The notes beneath the pieces were generated by a model. The model was given only the letters and a program-made list of their open reading frames with translations. It was not told where the DNA came from and did no database searches. From positions 23,502-87,501 of the forward strand of contig JAPOLY010000002.1 in NCBI GenBank assembly GCA_029976805.1: DNA of 64,000 nt, given 5' to 3'. Origin of the DNA: a bacterium (GTDB taxonomy: Bacteria > Planctomycetota > UBA8108 > UBA1146). Each line of letters starts with the position of its first letter. Within the stretch, counting starts at the first letter, position 1. A program made the translations under genes and the position numbers. Below are positions 17,211 through 27,636 of this stretch, piece after piece.

Positions 17211-20041
17211 TCCTTGAAGTGGTATGCCTCGGGATCTCTTCCCAATGGACGCGGCAGCTCCCGGGGTCTTCTCAATCCACCGTTGCGATCGGGTCCTGCA
17301 GGTCGTGCCAGTTTCAACCAGTTCTGGTGTGCGGCCCTGGCTTTCTCCGGATGGACGACCACGTCACCATACTGGTCCTCGTCCGCAGCCTTCACCAATC
17401 GGACCTTCTGATGCCAGCAGTGCATACCGCTGACCGGGTCAGTCTGAACAGGGAAAGCGAGGTTTTGATGGACGCCACTTTCGTCCCACCAGGTCCTCTC
17501 ACTGTCGGGATCGTCACTCTTGAAAGGCTCAGAACCCTGAAGTCGACGCATTCGGGTACTGCCATCCGACAGCTCTTCAAAATTGACGGTGGCACTGCTC
17601 CAGCGTGACCCGGGTCCATCCTCTTTGCGCCAGCGGCCCATATGGTGGGAACAGGCGATCACCCCACTACGAATGCCATCCGTAATCCGGGCACGATTGA
17701 CGAAATGTCCAATCTCTGTCTCAACCCGCACCAGTGCACCATCGAGGATGTCGTGACGCTCTGCATCTTCCGGATGAATCCACACCGGATTGGCATGGGA
17801 GATCTCCATCAGATGCTTGGAGTTGGCAGAGCGGGAGTGAATCATCGTCGGCAAGCGGAACGTGGGAACGAGAACGTAGATGCCATTTTCCGGATCCAGA
17901 TTTTCCGGGCCTACATGAGATCGTGAAACGCCGGGGAGCGCCTCCTCCGAGAAACCCCACTCTTTGAGAAGACCCGAGTAGATCTCTATTCGGCGGCTGG
18001 GTGTCGGAAAGCCCTTGCGAATCGCACCATCCACCGCGACGCCGATCACTTTTCCATCGACACTGGCGAGCCCGGTTTGGGGATCGATCTCCGGGATCTG
18101 ATTTTCAACCAGATCCACTTCCTGCCGATGAAGTTCATAGGCTTCTCCAGGCAACTCGTGGGCACCCACTCGAGTCATGTACTCCATGGGGGTCATTTGA
18201 TTCTCTGCCGCTTTTTCCGGGAGGCCCGGAACACTGTTTTCGAACATGTGTTGATACTGCTCTTCAACAGTGACCTTTTCTCCCGGTCTGTAGGGAGATT
18301 CAAAATGTTTGCGAATTCCGAGACTGCCATCCGGGTCAATACGCCACGACAACTCGATCCAGAATTCGTCTTCCTCCCACACCTCGCCGGGGTTGAATCC
18401 ACGGGTATCGTCGCTGGGCTTTCCTTCCAGTCGAGCCAATGCCCTGAAGATCGGCTGCCGGAAAGAGAGCCAGCGCGCTGAATGCGTCTCCAGACTCTGA
18501 ACGTCGTGCCTCTCGGTGGAATGACCCATCGGCAGGACCAGATCGGCGTAATAGGCGGTTTCATTCCAGGTCGGAGTCAGGGCGACATGAAGGCCCACTT
18601 TCTCCTCGTCTTCAAGCATCCTCATCCACGACATGCCATCCGGATAGGTCCACACCGGATTGAAGACACGTGTGAAATAGACACCAATCTTGCCGATTCC
18701 GTCTTCCACCAGATGCGGCAGCAGATGACTCATTTCATAAAATGAGGTGGGAAATTGTCGCGGCCAGATTAATTCATTCCAGCGCTTGCCGGGATCTGGC
18801 ATCGAAAAGAAGTCCGGCTTGAACTTGTTCCAACCGGCTGGAGAGGTGCCCCCCTCCACTCCCAGTGAACCTGTGAAAGCATTGAGGATCGCCAGCGAAC
18901 GGGCGATCTGCCACCCTCCCAGATTGCCGCTGGCGGCACTGCGCCAGCAATGGGCGGCAATACGTGATCCGGCCCGGGCAATCTCGGCAGCCAATTTTTC
19001 AATGCTGCCACTTTCCAGTCCAGCGTAGCTCTCGGCCTCCGCGGGTGTCCACTCCGAAAGGTGTTCGGAGAAGCGCTTCAGGAAACGATCCACCGTCGGT
19101 ACGTCTTCTGGATGAAGCTCTTTCAGGTAGCCACGCCAATCGACCCACTCCTCGAGGAACTTGCGATCAATCCGATTCTCCTCGATGAGGATTCTCAATG
19201 CCGCGAGGATGACTGCGCCTTCGGTTCCCGGTTTCGTAGGCAACCACAGGTCCGCCCTCGAAGCGGTGTTCGACAATCGTGGATCGAGGACCACGATGCG
19301 AGCCCCACTGTGTTTGGCTTCAATGATTCTCTGGGCATGGGGATTGAAATAGTGCCCTGACTCGAGATGGGCACTGAGGAGCAGAATCAACTGGGCATTG
19401 GCGTGATCCGGTGCGGGACGGTCGTACCCCCAGGTGAACTGGTAACCGGCACGGGCACTGGCAGAACAAACCGTGGTGTGGCTGTTGTGGCCATCAATCC
19501 CCCACGCCTGCAAGACGCGCTCGACTGAGCCCTCATGTCCCGGCCTGCCCACGTGATACATCACCTCGTCGTGACGATCTTCCTTGAAACAATCCTGGAT
19601 CGAATTTGCGATCTGATTGAGAGCGGTTTCCCAACTGACCGGTTCAAACTTGCCCTCACCGCGAGGACCGACCCGGCGCATCGGTTGAAGAATCCGCTCC
19701 GGGTCCTGCACCTGATTCAGCGTCGCAGGTCCCTTGGCACAATTTTTTCCGCGGCTTCCGGGGTGGAGCGGATTTCCCTCGAGACGAAGGATCTCCCGGG
19801 AGTCCTTGTCCACCGCAGCCAACAACCCACAGGCCGCTTCACAGTTGAAACAGGTCGTCGGGACCATCGCCAGTCGTCGTGGCTTGCGCTTGCTGTCCAG
19901 CTCTTCCACTTCGAGCCACTTCTCGAAGGGAGGATAGTGCAACAATCCTTCTCCATAGGGATCGGGATCGGGCCACTTTCTTTCTCGGGGAACCAACCCG
20001 ACAAGTCCGGCAAGCTTTTCGATCCAGCTGATCTTACTCAT
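17207..20041 (-). CDS. Molybdopterin (bis-MGD) oxidoreductase catalytic subunit, no Tat signal
   Basis: N-terminal 4Fe-4S motif CFNCEAACG...GKNCAKG and the candidate Mo-ligand region HTTVCSASARAGY. About 940 aa. No twin-arginine motif at the N-terminus. Confidence 0.85.
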   Translation of the reverse strand: MSKISWIEKLAGLVGLVPRERKWPDPDPYGEGLLHYPPFEKWLEVEELDSKRKPRRLAMVPTTCFNCEAACGLLAAVDKDSREILRLEGNPLHPGSRGKNCAKGPATLNQVQDPERILQPMRRVGPRGEGKFEPVSWETALNQIANSIQDCFKEDRHDEVMYHVGRPGHEGSVERVLQAWGIDGHNSHTTVCSASARAGYQFTWGYDRPAPDHANAQLILLLSAHLESGHYFNPHAQRIIEAKHSGARIVVLDPRLSNTASRADLWLPTKPGTEGAVILAALRILIEENRIDRKFLEEWVDWRGYLKELHPEDVPTVDRFLKRFSEHLSEWTPAEAESYAGLESGSIEKLAAEIARAGSRIAAHCWRSAASGNLGGWQIARSLAILNAFTGSLGVEGGTSPAGWNKFKPDFFSMPDPGKRWNELIWPRQFPTSFYEMSHLLPHLVEDGIGKIGVYFTRVFNPVWTYPDGMSWMRMLEDEEKVGLHVALTPTWNETAYYADLVLPMGHSTERHDVQSLETHSARWLSFRQPIFRALARLEGKPSDDTRGFNPGEVWEEDEFWIELSWRIDPDGSLGIRKHFESPYRPGEKVTVEEQYQHMFENSVPGLPEKAAENQMTPMEYMTRVGAHELPGEAYELHRQEVDLVENQIPEIDPQTGLASVDGKVIGVAVDGAIRKGFPTPSRRIEIYSGLLKEWGFSEEALPGVSRSHVGPENLDPENGIYVLVPTFRLPTMIHSRSANSKHLMEISHANPVWIHPEDAERHDILDGALVRVETEIGHFVNRARITDGIRSGVIACSHHMGRWRKEDGPGSRWSSATVNFEELSDGSTRMRRLQGSEPFKSDDPDSERTWWDESGVHQNLAFPVQTDPVSGMHCWHQKVRLVKAADEDQYGDVVVHPEKARAAHQNWLKLARPAGPDRNGGLRRPRELPRPLGRDPEAYHFKD

Positions 20042-20053
20042 GCTGATCTCTCC

Positions 20054-21577
20054 TCATGCCAGGGGGAGGCGTTGTGGAGCCTCCACCCACAGGTGTTCCC
20101 AAAGGGCAATTCCCAACAACGCCAACAGCGCGGGGATGACGGCCAATCCCGATCCGGTATCGAGGAATGAGATCCACAGTAATGGAATCAATTTTCCAAG
20201 GCCCAGGACCCCCACCCAGTAAATCGGTGCACGGCGCCCTTCCAGAATCGAGTGGGCAGCACGACGGGCAGCTTCGGTGGAATGGCGTCCATGGACATCG
20301 AGCAGAACGAAAGGGGTTTCCAGAATCAGGGCAAAAAGTAACAGGCCCTTGAGTTCTCCCAGTTCACCGGGGTTCAACAACCAAAGCGCAGCCGCTCCGG
20401 CTACGACAGCTTGCAGACCCAAATGGAGTGGCGAAAGGGCCGATTGCCACATGTCTCTTCCCTTCGCCTGGCCGAAGAGCCAGCCGGAGTAGGCTGCCAC
20501 AAAAGTGCCGAGGACTCCCCCTGACAGTAACAACAGTGCACCGAGACCACTCGAACTGCTCTCACCCAACCACCAACCTGCAACCAGCACTCCGTTGTAG
20601 AGAGTGATTCCATAGGCTCCACGGACCAGCCAGGAAGACCATTGAGGCCGCAGAAGAACCCAGAGGAATCTCTCCGGTCTCTTCAGGTCGGCGACCAGCA
20701 AGACTCCGGTCACGGCCATGAAGATCAACGCCAGAGGCCAGGCTAGGTCGAGGGCCCCATCGATCAGGCTTCGTCTTTCAAAGGGCCAAAGCAGTGCGGG
20801 GACCATCAGTGCTCCTGCGGCAATCGACTTGGTCCACAGGTACGCACTGACCTTCCAGCCCCAGCTGAGGGCGTGACGCTGCTGGATGTCGTAAGTCCGC
20901 GTCGGAGCTCCCCGCTGGTATGTCACCGGGTTCTCGGCATCGTCGGTCCCATCCTCCTGTCTTTGACCCCAAAGCGTTCTCTGTGGTCGTTGACTGGCGA
21001 GCGGATCGAGAGCCTCCACATGACCTTCGATGTAATGAATCTTGGGACGGGTTCCTTTTTCCGGCTTGCGAACCATCGTCGGTTCACCCGCCACCAATCG
21101 TGCGATCCGGCTCTCTGGATCAGCCAGGTCTCCCGTCACGATCGCTCCCGTCGGACACACGACAGCACATGCCGGTTCTCGACCGGCATCGACACGGTGA
21201 CTGCAATAATTGCATTTGGTCGCGGTCCCCGTCTCCGGGTGGATATCGATGGCATCGTAGGGACAGGCCTGCATGCACGCTTTGCAGCCAATGCATCTCC
21301 CGGGATCAAAATCGACGATGGCATCCTTGCGAACGGAGAGGCTGGCTGTGGGGCAAATTTCCACACAGGGAGCATCGGCACAGTGATTGCATCGCAAAAC
21401 ATGGAAGGCACGCTCTGCGCGGGGATGAACCCCTTTTTCCAGATATTGGACCCAGGTCTTGTTGATCCCGACCGGATCAGAGTGCTCGGTCTTGCACGCC
21501 ACTGTGCAGGCGTGGCAACCGATACAGCTGCGGTTGTCGATCACGAATCCATAGGAGGGGTCAGTGTGGGAAGCCAT
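20054..21577 (-). CDS. Fusion of a four-cluster 4Fe-4S ferredoxin subunit with an NrfD/PsrC-like polytopic membrane anchor
   Basis: Cys motifs CIGCHACTVAC, CNHCADAPCVEICP, CIGCKACMQACP and CNYC...CAVVCP, followed by about 8 hydrophobic helices. Confidence 0.8.
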   Translation of the reverse strand: MASHTDPSYGFVIDNRSCIGCHACTVACKTEHSDPVGINKTWVQYLEKGVHPRAERAFHVLRCNHCADAPCVEICPTASLSVRKDAIVDFDPGRCIGCKACMQACPYDAIDIHPETGTATKCNYCSHRVDAGREPACAVVCPTGAIVTGDLADPESRIARLVAGEPTMVRKPEKGTRPKIHYIEGHVEALDPLASQRPQRTLWGQRQEDGTDDAENPVTYQRGAPTRTYDIQQRHALSWGWKVSAYLWTKSIAAGALMVPALLWPFERRSLIDGALDLAWPLALIFMAVTGVLLVADLKRPERFLWVLLRPQWSSWLVRGAYGITLYNGVLVAGWWLGESSSSGLGALLLLSGGVLGTFVAAYSGWLFGQAKGRDMWQSALSPLHLGLQAVVAGAAALWLLNPGELGELKGLLLFALILETPFVLLDVHGRHSTEAARRAAHSILEGRRAPIYWVGVLGLGKLIPLLWISFLDTGSGLAVIPALLALLGIALWEHLWVEAPQRLPLA

Positions 21578-21714
21578 GGGGTTGAATTTACCCTTGGGAA
21601 GGCCCAGAGGCCATCAGTACGGACCGTCTTGACGGGGAACTTTTCAGCCTGCAAGTTCAGACCTTGTCAGTTTCTGACACTTCAGGCGTAAATCTGGAGG
21701 AGGGAGGAAGCCCC

Positions 21715-24498
21715 ATGTCGAGGGTCGAACGTCACTTTCTGGGAAAATCCCAAGGATTCCTGCGGGCCGCTGCCGAGCGTCTGGTCACAGAGGTCTCGGG
21801 TGAGTCTGGCGATTCCGGACCCATCGATCTCAGGGACCGCCTGGTGGTTCTTCCGGGTAGCAGGGCTGCCCGCCTCCTCCTTCGACAACTGACGCAAATC
21901 AGCCACGACCGTGGAGTGGGTCTTCTCCCCCCTGAAATTGAGACTCCGGGTCAATTGGAGCCCCAACTCATCGATCGGGAACTTCCGCGGATCACTCCCG
22001 AAGAAGAGAGACTCTCCTGGTTAATGACCCTTCAAGCCGCCTCCCTCCCGCAGAAGGAGTTACTGGGGATTGAGGAAACCACCAGCGGGAATGCCTCCGG
22101 ATTGTTGAAAGTCGGTCAACTTCTCTCAAATACCGTTCGTCAGCTCAAACAGGAGGGGTCCAACCCCGGGGCTGCCGCCCACTGCATGGCCCCCCGCGAT
22201 ACTGAAGCGGCTAAACGATTACTCGTGGTTGAGGAATTGGAAAATTTCCGTCTGGAGTTGCTGCGCAACTGGGGAGTCCACCCCGGAGGATTCAGCCAGG
22301 CTTCCCCCCGCGAAGTTCACAGAAAAGTGATCCTGATCGGAATCCTTGAGTTGCCATCGACGACGCGAGCATGGCTGGAGGAACATTGCCGGTGCCAGAT
22401 CTGGATCGACGCCGAAAGTGAAGACCACCATCTCTACGACGACTGGGGACGGCCGATCTCCGAAATGTGGTCGCAACTGGAACTCGCCGATTCGATTCCC
22501 ATGATCGTTGCCGACCAACCTGCGGATCTGACCCTCGCCGTCGTTCAACACATCTCCGACCAGACTTCGATCGAAAAGATGGAGGACGTCTCCCTCGGGC
22601 TGCTGGACGAGGATTTGACCCCATGGTTAACCGAGGGCCTTCGTCGACATGGCATGGGAATCCACCCTGCTGCAGGAAAGCCCCACTCGCTGACCTCTAC
22701 AGGTCGACTGGTGGAAGGGATTCGCAGGGTCGTTGCTGGAGGCTCCTTTTCCGCATTTTCCGCGCTCGCACGCCACCCACTCGTGCTGAAACTTCTACCC
22801 ATGAGAACAGACCATAAAGGTGCGGAGATCGAAGTCCTGAAAGATCTCGATCGCTGGAGCACGGAGCGTCAACCGGATCAGGCAGAAGACCCGAATGCCC
22901 CTCCTGCGCTCCTTCACTTGCAGGAACAACTGTCTCCTCTCATGAGCGACGACGATCTTCTGCATCAGCGAATCGACCAATACCTGCAAGTTCTCGGAAA
23001 TCTCGTCGGAACAGATGCCGATGGATTTCCACTGATTCCCGAGGGTGAGGGAGATCTGCTCATCGAGACCCTCGAAAAGTTGCGTGAGTGTGGTCCTCAA
23101 ACAGAACTGCATCTGGCCGCAGACAACTTTGTCAGTCTCGTTTGTGCCTTGACGATGGACTCCCTGATTCCTGAAGAAAATGACCCCTCTTCTATTCAGG
23201 GACTCGGCTGGCTTGAACTCGCAATGGATGAAGCACCCCACTTGATACTGACCGGTATCAGCGAGGGAAAACTGTCAGGGTCACTGACCTCCGATCCCCT
23301 GATTCCCGAATCATTGAGAAGAGAACTGGGAATCCCCGGCTATGAGGAAAGAGTCGCCCGCGACACTCACCTGCTTCGCAGCCTGATCGATGGACGACGT
23401 CACACTGTCGTTGCTCTTTCAGCCAGAGATTCGCAGGGTAATCCGCAACTCCCCTCCCGTCTCCTGCTCCGCGGTGAAGCAGGAGTTCAACGACTGAGAG
23501 ATTTCCTCCAGCCCGAAAAGCGGGTGCTTTTGAAAGAGCAAATCACACAACCTGCTGAAGAGTTTGCGGATCTGGGTCCTCCACGATCGATCGATGCACC
23601 CACTCCTGAAAAAATTTCGGTCACCGGATTCGCCCGCTGGATTGCGGACCCCGTTCTCTTTCAACTGGAACGCACTCTCAAATGCTCCGAGTGTCACGAT
23701 CGTGATTTACAACTGTCGCCAATGGCATTCGGAAACATGGTTCATTGGGTCCTGGAGACGTACGGAAAAACCGAAGCGCTGCGGGATCTCAAGGACAGGG
23801 ATGCCATTCTCGAAGCGGTCGACTCCCTGCTCGATCAATACTGTCGAAAAAAACTGGCACAGCATCCCCGTGCAGCGGTTCTGGTCCAGGTTGAGCAGGC
23901 ACGGGCACGACTCGAGATCTGGGCAACCCAACAGACCACACTGCGCTTTCAGGGTTGGAAAATCATGGCCACAGAGATTGCACTTGACCCGGAACATTGC
24001 AGATTGACAGTGCCGGAAGGAAGTATCGGAGTCTCAGGCAGAATCGATCGAATTGATCGCAATGAAAAAACCGGTGAGTGGCGCATCCTCGACTACAAAA
24101 CCAGTGAACAGGGACCTTCTCCAGAAAAGGACCATGGAAGGCGACCAGGGAGAGAGACGGAGTGGAAGAAACTGCAACTCCCACTGTATCGTCATTTCGC
24201 GTCCACTCTGGTTCTTGAGGGTGTTCAGCTGCCAGCAGATCCGGAGGTTGGATTTTTCAATCTTCCGGGAACCACTTCGGCCCGCTCGGTTCAAATCGCT
24301 GCATGGACCGACGACGACTTCGATGATGCCATCGCGCGTGCCCATGAAATCGCTTCGGAGATTCTTTCTCCAGAAGAACGAACCCTCGAAGTGTTGACTC
24401 CCCCCTGGGACCGCGCTCTTGCAGGCGTGGTCATCGATGCTGAGAAAAGTCTTTCGGCAATGCTGGAAGTCTCTGCGGAAGATGAGGTGGAGGCATGA
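21715..24498 (+). CDS. AddB-like PD-(D/E)XK nuclease family protein (helicase-nuclease complex subunit B)
   Basis: C-terminal RecB-type nuclease motif GRIDRIDRNEKTGEWRILDYKTSE. Overlaps the downstream AddA-like gene by 4 nt. GGAGGAGGGAGGA lies upstream of the ATG at 21715. The track ORF starts at 21664. Confidence 0.7.
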   Translation: MSRVERHFLGKSQGFLRAAAERLVTEVSGESGDSGPIDLRDRLVVLPGSRAARLLLRQLTQISHDRGVGLLPPEIETPGQLEPQLIDRELPRITPEEERLSWLMTLQAASLPQKELLGIEETTSGNASGLLKVGQLLSNTVRQLKQEGSNPGAAAHCMAPRDTEAAKRLLVVEELENFRLELLRNWGVHPGGFSQASPREVHRKVILIGILELPSTTRAWLEEHCRCQIWIDAESEDHHLYDDWGRPISEMWSQLELADSIPMIVADQPADLTLAVVQHISDQTSIEKMEDVSLGLLDEDLTPWLTEGLRRHGMGIHPAAGKPHSLTSTGRLVEGIRRVVAGGSFSAFSALARHPLVLKLLPMRTDHKGAEIEVLKDLDRWSTERQPDQAEDPNAPPALLHLQEQLSPLMSDDDLLHQRIDQYLQVLGNLVGTDADGFPLIPEGEGDLLIETLEKLRECGPQTELHLAADNFVSLVCALTMDSLIPEENDPSSIQGLGWLELAMDEAPHLILTGISEGKLSGSLTSDPLIPESLRRELGIPGYEERVARDTHLLRSLIDGRRHTVVALSARDSQGNPQLPSRLLLRGEAGVQRLRDFLQPEKRVLLKEQITQPAEEFADLGPPRSIDAPTPEKISVTGFARWIADPVLFQLERTLKCSECHDRDLQLSPMAFGNMVHWVLETYGKTEALRDLKDRDAILEAVDSLLDQYCRKKLAQHPRAAVLVQVEQARARLEIWATQQTTLRFQGWKIMATEIALDPEHCRLTVPEGSIGVSGRIDRIDRNEKTGEWRILDYKTSEQGPSPEKDHGRRPGRETEWKKLQLPLYRHFASTLVLEGVQLPADPEVGFFNLPGTTSARSVQIAAWTDDDFDDAIARAHEIASEILSPEERTLEVLTPPWDRALAGVVIDAEKSLSAMLEVSAEDEVEA

Positions 24499-27400
24499 GT
24501 TTCCCCTATCACCGTATGATTCGGGCCAGTGCCGGCTCCGGAAAAACCTACGCTCTGACGACCCGTTATCTGGGATTGATTCTCTGTGGAGAATCCGCTG
24601 ACTCCATTCTGGCAGTGACCTTCACCCGTACTGCTGCCGGGGAAATCATGGAGAGAATCCTCGACAGATTGCTGAAGGCACTCGAACCCAAGGGACTGTC
24701 AGAGTTGAGCCATGCCCTGAAACTGGAAGGGTTTACTCAACTCGTTTCGGAACTGGAATCCACCTCACAGGATGAGGCCATCAGGAACCGGATTGAACCC
24801 GCACTGACTCAGATGCTCTCTGTTCTGCACAAATGCCAGGTCTCTACTCTGGATGCGTTCTTCTCACGTATTGCCACAGGATTTACATACGAATGCGATC
24901 TCTCTCCAGGCTGGCAAATTCTTGATGAAGAATCCCTGAACAAGATTCGCACCGGAGCAATCCAGAAGATTCTGGAAGATGAGGGAACCCGGGAAGCCCG
25001 CCAATTGATGCACCGCCTCAACAAGGGAAAGCTCAGCAGTCAGGTTGCTGCGGATCTGGACAGGCTCGTCTCTGACTTCCACGAAAAATGGCGCGAGTTT
25101 CCCCCACAAGCCTGGGAGCTGCCCGCTGACTGTGCAGGTCCCAAACCTGCAGACCTCGAACGTGCATGGGAAACTGTTCTCCGATTCGAGTGCCCCAAAG
25201 ACAAAGCAGGCAAAAAGAAACGCAAACACTGGGAGAATGGACTGCGAACCCTCCAAGAGGTTTGGGGAGAAGATCTTTTGACGAGGCTCGCAGCCTGTGA
25301 AAAAGGTCTTCTGTCCAAGGTGATCCACGGTGACCGAATCTTTGACCGGGTCGAAATTGATGACGACCTTTTCGAAGCGATTCAGACCTTTCTCCGACAG
25401 TTAGGCAGTGAATACTCCGCATTGATTCGAGTACAGAACCAGTCCACCGGTGAGTTTTTACAAAAGTACGACACCGAAAGAAGCCGCGGACTCAAGGAAC
25501 AGGGCGGCCTCAACTACAGCGATGTCCCTGTGGCTCTTCTGCAAGCCCGTATCCTTGGTCAGATGGGGCTCGTCGATGACCGCATGGATGCTTCAGTCAG
25601 GCACCTCCTTCTCGATGAGTTTCAGGATACCTCCCTGATCCAGTTTGCGGTTCTTGATCCCCTGATCGATGAGTTGGCAGCGGACAGCGCCGGTGGGAGA
25701 TCGATTTTTTGCGTCGGAGACAGCAAACAGGCCATCTATGGCTGGCGCGGTGGCCGGGCTGAAGTGATGGACCTGTTTGAACAAAAACTTTTGCCCGGAT
25801 CCGAGGAACGATTCGACGAATCCTGGAGATCATCAGCCCCAATTCTGGAGTGTGTGAACCAGACCTTTGGAGACCTCGGTTCTGCAGCGCCGGAAATTGA
25901 GGATCAGGCGGCTGTCGACAAGTGGAGCACCCTCTTCGATGAACATCGCGTGGCAGCTCCGCGTGCTCCCCTGGAAGCGGGTCATGTGACATTGCGGATT
26001 GCCAATGAGCATGAAGGCAAGTCCAGTAAAATCTGCCCCTATCTGGATACCCTTGCCGAAGTGGAAAGACTGCAGAACCTCTCGCCCGAGGGCACCATTG
26101 CCATCCTCGTTCGGAAAAATCAGCAGATTTCCCATTTGGTCAATGCCCTGAAAGCAAAGGGAATCGAAGCCAGTGAAGAGCGTGGAAACCCGCTGACCGA
26201 TTCGCCTGCCGTCGGTCGACTGATCGCCCTGCTCGAATGGATCGAACATCCCGGTGATAGCACTCTTGGAGTGGCAGTGGAACGCTCGCCACTTCCTGAG
26301 ATCCTGAAAAAAGATCCAGACAGCCCATGGAGAACCGTTCTCGACGAACTCCGGGAACGAATCTATTCGGAGGGATTACCGGAGGTCTTCAGCCCCATCT
26401 GCGATGAAATGGCAAAGGTCTGTACCGAGGAAGATCAGTTACGCATCCAGCAGTTCATGGAACAGTTGAGATCGATCGGATTTCATGGTTTGCGAATGGC
26501 AGACCTGATTGAGGGATTGCGCAACAGGTCCGTTCCGCGACCGGGAGGATCTCCTGTACAAGTGATGACGATTCACCAGGCCAAAGGCCTTGAGTTCGAT
26601 GCCGTCATCCTCCCCGAACTGGATTTCCGCTGGTTCCAGGTGATTCCGGGCCTTCTCACACTCGAGAACGATTTTCAGCCGGTTCACCTGTCACGCTACG
26701 TTGGCAAGAAACACCTCTCTCTGGTCGGTGACCCCTACCCCCAAATGTATCAGCAGAGTCGGGATCAACGGCTCACCGAAGCTCTCTGCCTTTTGTATGT
26801 CGCCATGACCCGGGCAAAACACACTTTGATCATGCTGCTGCCGAAACCACCCAAAAAGGGAGAGTACTCATCAGACTCCTACGCCTCTCTTCTCGTTCAA
26901 AAACTGGCACCAGGTGTAGAACTCTGCGCCGGCAATGTTCTGTACGAAATCGGCAAACCTGAAAATCAATCTTCCGCTGAGGAAAGCAGTGAGCGTGCCC
27001 GAATTCCGGTCGGCAGTCGTCGCCCGGAACCGAATTCTCAAAAAGAAAAGGCGAGCAGGGCTTCCGGTAAAGCGGGACATTTGACTGCCCCCCGTCGCAG
27101 GGCATTGCAACTCGGAAACCTCTCTCACCACTTGCTGGAACAGTGCCTGTGGACCGAGCTGTCTCCGACTGTCGCCATGGAAAGTCTCATGTCACGATTC
27201 CCGCGTGAAGAGTCTCTCCATCAGGAGGCGGTGACTCTCGTCTGCGAAGCATTCACCAAGGGACCTTTCGCAGATATCTTCGATGAGAATCTGACCCGAC
27301 AGCGATTGGGCTGCGAGGGCGATGATCAAATCGTTGTAGAAATGGAAATCCCTATCCTGACCCGGATTGGTGATCGTGATTTTCATGGAGTCATTGACCG

Positions 27401-27635
27401 CATGGTCATGCGAAAGACCGGGAATCATGTGGTGAGTGCCGAGTTGATTGATTTCAAAACAGATACTCTGGCCAGGGACTCAGCGGAACTGATCGAAAAG
27501 TATCAGGAGCAGATGCAAAAGTATCGCCAGGCGGTACATAGTGGCTGGGGAATCCCCGTCGAAAACATCGATTTGAAAATCGCCCATATCAATTCCGGCA
27601 CGTTCACTTCACTGGACGTTACCAGCCTTCCCTGA
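24495..27635 (+). CDS. UvrD/Rep-family helicase with C-terminal RecB-type nuclease (AddA-like)
   Basis: ASAGSGKTYALT (Walker A), LLLDEFQDTS, VGDSKQAIYGWRGG, TIHQAKGLEFD, LYVAMTRAK, and the C-terminal motif GVIDRMV...LIDFKTD. Confidence 0.85.
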   Translation: MSFPYHRMIRASAGSGKTYALTTRYLGLILCGESADSILAVTFTRTAAGEIMERILDRLLKALEPKGLSELSHALKLEGFTQLVSELESTSQDEAIRNRIEPALTQMLSVLHKCQVSTLDAFFSRIATGFTYECDLSPGWQILDEESLNKIRTGAIQKILEDEGTREARQLMHRLNKGKLSSQVAADLDRLVSDFHEKWREFPPQAWELPADCAGPKPADLERAWETVLRFECPKDKAGKKKRKHWENGLRTLQEVWGEDLLTRLAACEKGLLSKVIHGDRIFDRVEIDDDLFEAIQTFLRQLGSEYSALIRVQNQSTGEFLQKYDTERSRGLKEQGGLNYSDVPVALLQARILGQMGLVDDRMDASVRHLLLDEFQDTSLIQFAVLDPLIDELAADSAGGRSIFCVGDSKQAIYGWRGGRAEVMDLFEQKLLPGSEERFDESWRSSAPILECVNQTFGDLGSAAPEIEDQAAVDKWSTLFDEHRVAAPRAPLEAGHVTLRIANEHEGKSSKICPYLDTLAEVERLQNLSPEGTIAILVRKNQQISHLVNALKAKGIEASEERGNPLTDSPAVGRLIALLEWIEHPGDSTLGVAVERSPLPEILKKDPDSPWRTVLDELRERIYSEGLPEVFSPICDEMAKVCTEEDQLRIQQFMEQLRSIGFHGLRMADLIEGLRNRSVPRPGGSPVQVMTIHQAKGLEFDAVILPELDFRWFQVIPGLLTLENDFQPVHLSRYVGKKHLSLVGDPYPQMYQQSRDQRLTEALCLLYVAMTRAKHTLIMLLPKPPKKGEYSSDSYASLLVQKLAPGVELCAGNVLYEIGKPENQSSAEESSERARIPVGSRRPEPNSQKEKASRASGKAGHLTAPRRRALQLGNLSHHLLEQCLWTELSPTVAMESLMSRFPREESLHQEAVTLVCEAFTKGPFADIFDENLTRQRLGCEGDDQIVVEMEIPILTRIGDRDFHGVIDRMVMRKTGNHVVSAELIDFKTDTLARDSAELIEKYQEQMQKYRQAVHSGWGIPVENIDLKIAHINSGTFTSLDVTSLP

Positions 27636-27636
27636 A

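Noticed and set aside
20042-20056. In-frame TGA between the FeS/NrfD gene and the molybdopterin subunit gene; considered as possible Sec or a fusion
   Set aside because: The TGA is immediately followed by a GAGGAGAG Shine-Dalgarno sequence and an ATG at the proper spacing. The shared frame is consistent with chance, and the candidate Mo ligand is an ordinary Cys further downstream.
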